A stretch of 64,000 bases of DNA from Pseudomonadota bacterium (GTDB taxonomy: Bacteria; Desulfobacterota; Desulfobacteria; Desulfobacterales; JBDRRP01), in the NCBI GenBank assembly GCA_043825735.1, contig JBDRRP010000115.1, forward strand, positions 62,001 through 126,000, read 5' to 3'. The notes under the pieces were generated by a model. It was not told the origin of the DNA and ran no database searches. It saw nothing but the letters and a program-made list of their open reading frames with translations. Position numbers and translations under genes: made by a program. The stretch's first letter is position 1, and every line of letters begins with the position of its first letter. Shown here piece after piece: positions 56,807-64,000 of the stretch.

Positions 56807-57536
56807 TGATCGGGTCCCCTGTGTATTGCACCGGCAATGGATCGGTGACATCGACCGCGGCGCCCACCAGGACGGTGGCATGGACTTCGATCAGGGCCGA
56901 CACGGCAAAGTACCCGGTACCCTGGACGGTTGCATCGGACAGCGCGAGCGTTTTTGGGTCCCGGATCAGTGCCGGTGCCTGAACCGTTACGCTCTGTGTG
57001 CCCTCCGGCCCGGCCTCCACGTAGGGAATATAGAACCGGTGGTTATCCGCCCGTGTATCGGAAACAAAGGCGAACCAGGCAAAGGACATCTTGTCCAGGG
57101 TCGGCTTGTCCCTGGCGATGAACGCCAGGTTGTAGTTGAGGGCCACGGCCAGCATCCGGGCCGACATGATAAGGGGGAGGTCCTCTCCGTTCGGGTCCCC
57201 TGCCCACAGGGTCCGGCGCTTGTTGTACGGCCCCTCGACGTGCATGTCGGAACTCGCCAGGCCCGGCTTTCGGCAATACCAGCACACCGGGAGCAAGGGC
57301 CGGTTGACCCGGTGCCCGGCGGTTTCTACGGTGGCCGCCTTTGCGTCCGATGTGTATGCTTTCAGGAAGGCCTGCACCGAATCGGCGTCATGGCGCATGA
57401 TCTGTTGGTTCGGCGCCCGGGCCACGAACTGTTGAAACTCCAAAGGCCCGCCGCCGATACCGTCGAAGGCCTTCAGGATGTGATTGCCGAAACACACGTC
57501 CACTGCGAAAAGCTCGGATGACTTATCGACTGTCAT
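56799..57536 (-). CDS. Tail completion-like protein (P1 gp24 position)
   Basis: Synteny and size. Confidence 0.5.
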   Translation of the reverse strand: MTVDKSSELFAVDVCFGNHILKAFDGIGGGPLEFQQFVARAPNQQIMRHDADSVQAFLKAYTSDAKAATVETAGHRVNRPLLPVCWYCRKPGLASSDMHVEGPYNKRRTLWAGDPNGEDLPLIMSARMLAVALNYNLAFIARDKPTLDKMSFAWFAFVSDTRADNHRFYIPYVEAGPEGTQSVTVQAPALIRDPKTLALSDATVQGTGYFAVSALIEVHATVLVGAAVDVTDPLPVQYTGDPING

Positions 57537-58006
57537 GTGGCAAAGGCCCCCTCATGGTCCATGAACGGCATCATGAAATAGATCACGCCGGCGCCATGGT
57601 GTTTGGAAATCGGTTTACTGTGAGCCACGTACCAGAAATGCCGCACGACAGCGGCCCCTGAGTATTCGTCGTAAACAAGCACCGACCCTTTTGGCACAGG
57701 CTCCTGATCTATCATCATGGCCCGGGGCTCCTCGGTGTAGTCGTTGGCATGGTCGCCGGCGGTCTCCATATCGATGTCAAAGTCAAAAGGGATTTCAACC
57801 GCAAAGGCGGAGACAGGGTCTTCGAATTCAATGATCTTTTCCGACCCCTCCATGGTTCCGACCTGGTCTGCGATATCGACAGTGGCTTCCTTTGCGCTAC
57901 GGATCGCCCGGAAAAGCAGTCCCTGGATGGCGGTGGGCTCGCTTTGCAGGAACTTTCTGATATCTGCAGCCAGCAGGTTGAGGGTCGGCCTGAAGTCTCT
58001 GGTCAT
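57533..58006 (-). CDS. Neck/head-closure-like protein (P1 gp7 position)
   Basis: Synteny only. Confidence 0.45.
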   Translation of the reverse strand: MTRDFRPTLNLLAADIRKFLQSEPTAIQGLLFRAIRSAKEATVDIADQVGTMEGSEKIIEFEDPVSAFAVEIPFDFDIDMETAGDHANDYTEEPRAMMIDQEPVPKGSVLVYDEYSGAAVVRHFWYVAHSKPISKHHGAGVIYFMMPFMDHEGAFAT

Positions 58007-58010
58007 CCGC

Positions 58011-59192
58011 TCATACGCTTATCTCCTCCGACATCAGTTTCACGTCCTTAAGCGGGATACCATTTGCCTTTGCGAAGTCGGCCATTGCCTTCTCGGGCTC
58101 GATCTTGTCCCGGTACTTGGCCAGGATGAGAGCGTTTTGCAGGTTGGATCGGAGCAGGTCCCGAGACAACCTCTCGGCCTTTTTCTGTTCCTCCTCCGCA
58201 CGGGCCTGCTCTTTTCTGGCGATAGCCTCCATCGTCTTTTTCTCGATCGTCATCTTTTCCAGGGCCGAGACGGTCTTTGGCTCTTCCATCTTCTTTCGGA
58301 TCCCCTTCCGGGAGGCCAAATATTCCTTGAACGCCTCCCTGGCGGCCTTGATTGACAGCCCCTTTTTAGCCGCGCTCGATCTCGCCGCCTTTTCGAGTTC
58401 GGGTTGAGTCAGGAACCGGTTGGCCACCTTTACATCGTCGCCATAGCCAATCTGCTTGGCCGCCTTTTCCATCTCAGCGACGATCATTCGCTTCACGGCG
58501 GCGCCACGGATCGTGGCCATGGACTTCAGGACATGTTTGCAGCACGCGCCGGCCAGTCGCGGGTTACGGATCTTCGGGTATGCGTGCTCCAGTGGGTGGA
58601 CCGCGAACCCGCCGACCGTGGCCAGGTAGCGATACCAGAATTGATGCCGGCCGCAGTCACAGTCGAATGACACCCGGCCGCCGAGAATCTTTTCGGAGGC
58701 CTTTTTGAGGGGCAAGGTCGATGTCAACCAGTCGGTCCACTCCTCCAGACGTATCTTGACCTGGTGGAACTTATCGCGGCTTCCCTCACTGGCCGAGACC
58801 CGGAAGTGCAACAGGACGCCATCCTTCCCGTTGAAAATCCGGTACAGGATGGCGCTGCGGATCTGAGCGTTGGCCCGCTTGATGTCGTCCCGCTGGGATG
58901 AGGCGATCAGTTGATCGATCCGGACCCCTTTTTTCGACGCCTTGTACTTTTTCCGGACCGCCTGAGCCCGCTTGTCAAAGGCTTTGAGGTCGTCCGAGGT
59001 AAACGGCGTCCCGTCGGGCCTGACCCCATAGAGCAGGTCCAGGGGCGCGCCGTTGGCCAGGTACTTGCGCATGATGGCCGGCGTTAGGGTCCCGGTGGCA
59101 TCGCGGCGCTTCTCGACGTTTGCCTTGCGGATCTTGTTAAAGAGCCGCTCGAACGCCTTGAACTCCGCCTGTGTTGGTTTGGCCTTGGTCAC
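58011..59192 (-). CDS. SWIM zinc-finger protein (P1 gp25-like)
   Basis: FDCDC...CCKH SWIM motif; basic; synteny. Confidence 0.7.
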   Translation of the reverse strand: MTKAKPTQAEFKAFERLFNKIRKANVEKRRDATGTLTPAIMRKYLANGAPLDLLYGVRPDGTPFTSDDLKAFDKRAQAVRKKYKASKKGVRIDQLIASSQRDDIKRANAQIRSAILYRIFNGKDGVLLHFRVSASEGSRDKFHQVKIRLEEWTDWLTSTLPLKKASEKILGGRVSFDCDCGRHQFWYRYLATVGGFAVHPLEHAYPKIRNPRLAGACCKHVLKSMATIRGAAVKRMIVAEMEKAAKQIGYGDDVKVANRFLTQPELEKAARSSAAKKGLSIKAAREAFKEYLASRKGIRKKMEEPKTVSALEKMTIEKKTMEAIARKEQARAEEEQKKAERLSRDLLRSNLQNALILAKYRDKIEPEKAMADFAKANGIPLKDVKLMSEEISV

Positions 59193-59201
59193 TACTGCCC
59201 C

Positions 59202-59513
59202 CTACCCCTTCGGCTCGAAGTGGATGCAGGCGGGGTCGCTTGTTCCCTTGGATTTACAAAACTCGAACAAGGCCTTCCCGGGGCGACCACAGTTGCCGCA
59301 GACCCTTTCGAGCGGGGTTGACTTGCACAGGTCCGACGGCCAGCGCAGCGCGGCCTTCAGGTGGTTGCCGGCGTCGGCCGCCTGCTTGGCCTGCTCCACC
59401 GTGCCCCCATGGGTCGCTACGTGCTGGACCCCATCCGGATCCACTCCGAAAACGACCAGGTGAGTTAACCCGAGCGCTTCCCGGAAATCCTTCACATCCT
59501 TGATCGGTATCAT
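59202..59513 (-). CDS. Small Cys-containing hypothetical protein
   Basis: GGAGGAG RBS; 4-nt overlap with the upstream gene; CGNC motif. Confidence 0.65.
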   Translation of the reverse strand: MIPIKDVKDFREALGLTHLVVFGVDPDGVQHVATHGGTVEQAKQAADAGNHLKAALRWPSDLCKSTPLERVCGNCGRPGKALFEFCKSKGTSDPACIHFEPKG

Positions 59514-59833
59514 CGCTCCTCCAGTTCCGTTTCGCGGTCTGCCCAGTACTTGATCCGCTGCCGGATCCAGACAACCGGCGGCAGGCGAAGCACCGCGCCG
59601 ACCTCCAGCGGTTCGCGGTAATCGTCCAGGCCCGCCACGATCAGCACCGCCCATTTCAACTCGTCGGTGCCGTACTCGCGGTGCGAGACCAGTTCTGGCA
59701 TGAGGCGCTCATCGGGCTGGACCGTGTGCTCGATCCAGCCTGCGGTCAGATTGGCGGCCCCGGTCCGGATCTCGCGGTAGAGTTCGCCCCGGATGAGGTC
59801 ATCGGTAATGCTGTACGGGCTCAGTCGATTCAT
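59510..59833 (-). CDS. Baseplate X/gp53-like LysM-type protein (P1 gp26-like)
   Basis: HTVQPDE..MPELVSHREYG...W...G.VLRLP. Confidence 0.8.
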   Translation of the reverse strand: MNRLSPYSITDDLIRGELYREIRTGAANLTAGWIEHTVQPDERLMPELVSHREYGTDELKWAVLIVAGLDDYREPLEVGAVLRLPPVVWIRQRIKYWADRETELEER

Positions 59834-59856
59834 GGGATGAATATACAGCCTTTGTT

Positions 59857-59878
59857 TAAAGTTTTAAAGTTATCTTTC
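59857..59878. promoter_or_regulatory. TAAAG operator-like motif upstream of the gp26-like gene
   Basis: TAAAGtttTAAAGttatCTTTC. Confidence 0.6.
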
Positions 59879-60542
59879 ACTTCTGATTAACGTCTTCCAG
59901 AGTTAGAACCGGTCTTTCCTTGGCCCTGGCAGCTACTTTAGCCCGGACCACCCCGCTGGTGATGGAGGTAAAACTCGATAGCGGGTGCTCGTGGGCCTCG
60001 GGCTTGACCCAGGCGTCCAGCATTTCTCCCACGTACCGATCGCTCACCGGTTCAACCATGGCCCCGACCACACACAGTAGCAGAGCCCGGTGGCCGGAGC
60101 TGAACGAGGCCCAGTTGATCGCATAGGTAATCCGGCCCTTATCGTCCTGGCCGCGCTCCACCCGTTGCCCCTCACTGCCTGGACGGATCAAAAACTTCTG
60201 GTATTCTTTCGCCACAACGACGTGGCCCATTTCCATCATCGGGAAATACCAGTCCAGGGCCTCATACAGATTGGTCCGACCGGTCTCGATGTCGACCGAG
60301 TCAAACTGGTACTGACTCGCGAACCGGCTCACATGGTCGGTCTTTTCCTCAACAATACAGACATACCCTTCCGCCCGCCGGCCCTCTATTTCCTCGATTA
60401 GGGCGTCCCGCCAGGTCACAAACGCCCCCTTGATCTCTGAGATGTGAGTGACGATCAGCTTTTCACCATCATAGACCGCGTAGGCCTTGTGCTTTGTCAG
60501 GCCAGTCATAGAGACTGCCAGGATTTTGATGGGCTCAGTCAT
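59877..60542 (-). CDS. Phage hypothetical protein
   Basis: Well-formed ORF with a GAGG RBS. Confidence 0.7.
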   Translation of the reverse strand: MTEPIKILAVSMTGLTKHKAYAVYDGEKLIVTHISEIKGAFVTWRDALIEEIEGRRAEGYVCIVEEKTDHVSRFASQYQFDSVDIETGRTNLYEALDWYFPMMEMGHVVVAKEYQKFLIRPGSEGQRVERGQDDKGRITYAINWASFSSGHRALLLCVVGAMVEPVSDRYVGEMLDAWVKPEAHEHPLSSFTSITSGVVRAKVAARAKERPVLTLEDVNQK

Positions 60543-60571
60543 ACTTGCCTCGCATTTATCAGACACGATTT

Positions 60572-61096
60572 TCATGACGGCCATGGCCGCCGCACCATCC
60601 ACGACTTAATTCTGTCCCCCAGTGTGTACCGATCCCGAACTACGTCCAATTGTTCTGGCTTCGGGACGATGTGGTGATGGAACATCCTAATCAGAATCCC
60701 GTCCTCAAGCCCAGTCGCCACTGCCACCTCTTTGCGGTATGAAAACCGGACCGGTGTTTGCCCTGGGATGTAGGGCACTATGAGATACAGACATCTCGGA
60801 TCACCGGCGCCCCCGTCAGCCAGCGTGTAACCCCGCGTCTGCCCTGCCTTCGACTTAAAGATCAGGATGTTCGGGTGGTCGTAATAGCATTTCACCATGT
60901 CTCCAGCTGATAGGCCGCACTTCACTTTTGTCCCGATGTAAAACGCGAGGCTCTCATCGTAGTTATCGATTGCCCTGCCCTCCCTCATCCCCAACCGGAC
61001 GCACTCCTCGATGGGCGGGTGAACCATTTTTATGGCTCGGTGCCCGCTTGCTGAATTGGCCCTTGCAACTGCAATCAGATCGATCATCGGTACCAC
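60572..61096 (-). CDS. Hypothetical protein
   Basis: Packed in the operon; AGGAGG near the start (true ATG probably ~61087). Confidence 0.6.
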   Translation of the reverse strand: MVPMIDLIAVARANSASGHRAIKMVHPPIEECVRLGMREGRAIDNYDESLAFYIGTKVKCGLSAGDMVKCYYDHPNILIFKSKAGQTRGYTLADGGAGDPRCLYLIVPYIPGQTPVRFSYRKEVAVATGLEDGILIRMFHHHIVPKPEQLDVVRDRYTLGDRIKSWMVRRPWPS

Positions 61097-61099
61097 CTC

Positions 61100-61345
61100 C
61101 TATGATTGTTGAAAAAGCCCGGCCATGACCAGGCGCCGAAATATTGAAACCAGGTCGTCAACATTCTTGACCCGCGTGACCAGGTAGCAACCCCCATGGC
61201 TTTCCAGGGCAGCCGCGATGCACAGTCCACACAGCAGGCCCGCGCCTTCGGGTTTTCCCGCCGGCTTGATCCGCTCCCAAACGTCATCGGGTACGAGCAG
61301 ATCGACGCTGTATTTTTTGCCGCAACGCTGGCAGGTGCAGGCCAT
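61100..61345 (-). CDS. Small zinc-finger-like protein
   Basis: CQRC...LCGLC; GGAGG RBS. Confidence 0.65.
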   Translation of the reverse strand: MACTCQRCGKKYSVDLLVPDDVWERIKPAGKPEGAGLLCGLCIAAALESHGGCYLVTRVKNVDDLVSIFRRLVMAGLFQQS

Positions 61346-61359
61346 TGGTCCTCCCTCGA

Positions 61360-62835
61360 TTATGCCGCTTCACCCTCAAGTATCTCTGTCGCCCACTTCA
61401 CCATCTCATCGTCGTGGCCGTCCGCCGCGCCGTCCTCCAGCGGGATGTAGTCGACCAGAAAGAAGAAGGCGTGAGCGTCAAACCGGTCCGGGCTCTTTAT
61501 GCCATGGGACCGCATCCGCTCCTTGGTCCAGATCCGGTACCGGCCCTTATCGTCCAGGTCGTATGGGATCTTTGAGCCCTGTTCGACGATGGTTTTCCCC
61601 GGGGCGACCTTCATCCGCTCCTCAAACACGGCCTCACGGACTTTCACCGACGCATAGGCCCGCTGGTTGAAGTAGCGCTTCTGGTCCGTCTTCGTGTGCG
61701 GCGGCAGGCCCCAGTGGATGGGCTCGATCATGACGCCGAGTTCCTCCAGTTCGAGGATCACGGTCCGGCCCGCGCCGTCGCCGTCTATCGCAATGGTCAC
61801 CTGTGGAAGCGACTGGATCCGCTGATAGATCATCCGGGCGAACTCTTTTTCGTTCTTACTGGAGCACGCATACTCTTCAACGATTTCCACTCGCCGCTGC
61901 TCCCCAAACCCTGACACCTTGGCGATCTCCCATACCGACTCATCCCGGTGGAGGCCCTCGGCCACGTCGGCTGTCAGCACCCACCCCCATGGCTCGGCAT
62001 GCACAATGACGATGTCCTGGGCCTGCTCCAGCCACCGGGCCGGGATCAGGAACCCGCTCAGGTTGTCAGGGAATTTACCGAGGACCTTGATCTGGTATTC
62101 CGGGCTGTGGTGCCCGCCGTACTCGATCAGCTTTTCCCGGATGAAGGTTTTGTCGACAAGGGGAGATAGTTCGGCGTTGAGATGAAATGTCCGATATATG
62201 CCGGAGAGTTTGCCGAAAGCGTCCGCGAAGTGCCCGACGGTCCGGGTCGGTTGCGAAAACATCAAGTACCGGTTGTCAGCGCCTTCGGTGAGCGCGCCGC
62301 GCATGACCCCATGGATTTCGTCCGGGACGCCGGAGGCCTCGTCGACAATCACGATGTAATGTTTGTTGTGTTGGCCAGCGATGTTCTCGGCCGCGCCCTT
62401 GCTCGCCGTCTTGGGCAACGCGAACCACGAATCTTTGTATGAGATGTGGAAATATAACTGCGCCTTTTTGACGAACAGGCCCCGCATCCACGGACGAACC
62501 TTATCCATGTCGGCCATCACCTGGTCGAGGTATTTCCAGACTACGGAGCGAACCTGTGTGATGTTGGTGGCCGTAAGCAGGGAGTTTGAGAACGGATAAA
62601 CCCGGATATTCCAGTCAATAACCCATGCTGCAAGGTGGCTTTTGCCCGTACCATGGCCGGAGGCGGCAGCCACCCTTGCCCCGGGCTCCTGGATCGCCTC
62701 GGCAACGTCCAACTGCTGCCACGTCAACCGGTACCGGGAGTGGTCCAGGACGTAGCCCACAAGATCGCCATGGTACCTGGCGCAAAAGTCCAGGTACTGG
62801 TTCGAGTGGAGCAAATCGAAGTGCTTACGCGCCAT
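61360..62835 (-). CDS. pacB: Terminase large subunit (P1 PacB-like)
   Basis: SGHGTGKS, IVDEASGV, LTADVA, IDGDGAG, SPDRFDA. Confidence 0.93.
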   Translation of the reverse strand: MARKHFDLLHSNQYLDFCARYHGDLVGYVLDHSRYRLTWQQLDVAEAIQEPGARVAAASGHGTGKSHLAAWVIDWNIRVYPFSNSLLTATNITQVRSVVWKYLDQVMADMDKVRPWMRGLFVKKAQLYFHISYKDSWFALPKTASKGAAENIAGQHNKHYIVIVDEASGVPDEIHGVMRGALTEGADNRYLMFSQPTRTVGHFADAFGKLSGIYRTFHLNAELSPLVDKTFIREKLIEYGGHHSPEYQIKVLGKFPDNLSGFLIPARWLEQAQDIVIVHAEPWGWVLTADVAEGLHRDESVWEIAKVSGFGEQRRVEIVEEYACSSKNEKEFARMIYQRIQSLPQVTIAIDGDGAGRTVILELEELGVMIEPIHWGLPPHTKTDQKRYFNQRAYASVKVREAVFEERMKVAPGKTIVEQGSKIPYDLDDKGRYRIWTKERMRSHGIKSPDRFDAHAFFFLVDYIPLEDGAADGHDDEMVKWATEILEGEAA

Positions 62836-62870
62836 GCTTATAAACCCGCGCCACTATCTCATTAGTTCTT

Positions 62871-63191
62871 TTATCCATGTCCGTAAAAGTCCGGCGCCGC
62901 GTCTGGATTTCGGTGTCGGCACTCGCTGCACAGATAATGTCCGTCTGTCTCGCAATCACCACCTATCTGTGATCGGCCCGGTTCGTACTGATCGCACGGG
63001 TTGTCACGGTCCCGCCTCCATCCGTCTTGGGCCACGGTATCGATCCTGCCAACAAATTCGGCGGCACCCCCTGGAACGAAAACCCCTTTACGGCATGCAG
63101 TTTCGACCAGTAATTTGATCAGCGCCGGATACCAAGTCAGCGGTAAGGTCGTTAACCCGGCTTTCAAATCTTGGTAGTCTTCAAATTTCAT
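62871..63191 (-). CDS. Small Cys-rich hypothetical protein
   Basis: Between the terminase genes; CETDGHYLCSEC. Confidence 0.6.
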   Translation of the reverse strand: MKFEDYQDLKAGLTTLPLTWYPALIKLLVETACRKGVFVPGGAAEFVGRIDTVAQDGWRRDRDNPCDQYEPGRSQIGGDCETDGHYLCSECRHRNPDAAPDFYGHG

Positions 63192-63209
63192 GTCCGTAAT
63201 CCCCCGCGC

Positions 63210-64000
63210 TTAATCGCCATCGCGCTCCACCTCGAATGAGCCCCGGTTCTCGGTTTTCAGTTCCGCGACCAGGCGTTTTCTCTCCCGGACAAATTCCACC
63301 CGCTCGGTGTCGATCTCGGCCAGGATCTCCAGCCGGCGCTGCATGATTTTTTCGGTCGTGATCTCATCGCCGGCCGGCGGCGGGGTCTCCTCAACCTTTT
63401 GTTTCGAGAGCATGATCTCGATCGGTTTGGGCATGGCGATGCCCAGTTTGGCGAGCTCAAGGGCGGCGGTCGTCACGTCCTTGGTCCCATCGATCACGCG
63501 GTCAAAGATTTCATGGACGCACCCAAGGCTTTCGAGGCCTCGGATCGCCGGCAGGATCCGCTCAAGCGCCTTAGTCATGTCGATGACCATGGTAACCGCC
63601 ATCTGTGAATGCCAGGGTGAGGCGTCAGGGGCTTTCCACTCGTTTCGGCACTTGGATGTCTTTTCCAGAATGTCCATCATCCGGTAATGGATGACCAAAG
63701 CCTCGGCATAGATGTCGCGGACCCGTTGAGCCCCCCGCTCTTTGGCCAACTGGTCGACCGCCACCACCATCGACGGTTTCTCGGCCGCATCCCTGGTAGT
63801 TTTCCAGCCGGCCGTTGCTGCCCTGAACTCCTTTGCAGACCAGTGTAGGCCGACATGCCGGGCCACCTCGGCCAGAGACGCGAATTTCCACGATAGGTAC
63901 GACTCTTTAATTTTCGGCCAGTCCGGCGTGGTGTCGCCCCCCGGTCGGGTCACTTTAGGGGGGGCATCTGTTTTAGTTCTCGCATTAGTGGGTTTTGTTC
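63210..64000 (-). CDS. Terminase small subunit (PacA-like), probably 5'-truncated by the window
   Basis: Frame is open to the window edge; HTH-like segment SLAEVARHVGL; upstream of pacB. Confidence 0.55.
   Translation of the reverse strand, partial: TKPTNARTKTDAPPKVTRPGGDTTPDWPKIKESYLSWKFASLAEVARHVGLHWSAKEFRAATAGWKTTRDAAEKPSMVVAVDQLAKERGAQRVRDIYAEALVIHYRMMDILEKTSKCRNEWKAPDASPWHSQMAVTMVIDMTKALERILPAIRGLESLGCVHEIFDRVIDGTKDVTTAALELAKLGIAMPKPIEIMLSKQKVEETPPPAGDEITTEKIMQRRLEILAEIDTERVEFVRERKRLVAELKTENRGSFEVERDGD

Larger units (their letters stand above)
880..64000. mobile_element. tRNA-Thr-adjacent composite island / P1-like prophage (continues beyond the window)
   Basis: No housekeeping genes after the tRNA. 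Integrase, defence genes and an extensive myovirus morphogenesis set follow. The right boundary is not visible. Confidence 0.8.

Noticed and set aside
15255..63687. Many long plus-strand ORFs over the phage genes (e.g. 19654-20655, 21631-22656, 36821-38044, 53188-54207)
   Set aside because: Typical antisense shadows of GC-rich genes with no supporting signals. Only 29752-29982 has a promoter, a strong RBS and a degenerate host frame.
1..64000. CRISPR array
   Set aside because: No regularly spaced repeats with unique spacers; the repeats seen are coding repeats or attC sites.
880..64000. attR copy of the tRNA-Thr 3' end
   Set aside because: Not spotted by eye in this window; probably further downstream, so integration at tRNA-Thr is unproven.

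Overview
The window starts in a bacterial chromosome: the 5' part of mfd (minus strand, missed by the ORF track) and a tRNA-Thr(CGT) gene with a terminator. Everything after about 900 is accessory DNA in three blocks. (1) ~1.1-7 kb: a lipoprotein, a frameshifted tyrosine integrase, an AT-rich ABC-ATPase/TOPRIM pair bounded by a tmRNA-like 3'-end (att) scar, then an IHF subunit, a SLOG (cpYpsA-like) protein and a secreted endonuclease I. (2) 7.3-14.5 kb: an integron-type cassette array with three attC sites and no intI in the window. Its cassettes are all defence-like: HNH fused to a degenerate trypsin domain; DUF4297-like nuclease plus HerA; EcoRI-family methyltransferase plus a nuclease-like gene plus DUF262-HNH. 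(3) 15-64 kb, minus strand: the morphogenesis region of a P1-like myovirus that appears to be chromosomally integrated, with terminase, baseplate, tail, capsid, portal and protease genes and a much expanded Dar-type locus (hdf, darA, ddrA-like, a metallopeptidase, polyvalent proteins, darB, ulx-like). The most notable hidden structure is: a small antisense gene with its own promoter and RBS nested just after the RelA/SpoT-like domain of a polyvalent protein (candidate nested immunity gene); a helical motif shared by four Dar-locus proteins (candidate capsid-loading tag); recurring E-S-A motifs at domain boundaries of head proteins (candidate protease cut sites); a repeated TAAAG operator-like array upstream of three late genes; and a possible +1 frameshift upstream of the tape-measure-position gene. 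All family and P1-orthology calls come from motif recognition and recalled gene order, not from database searches.
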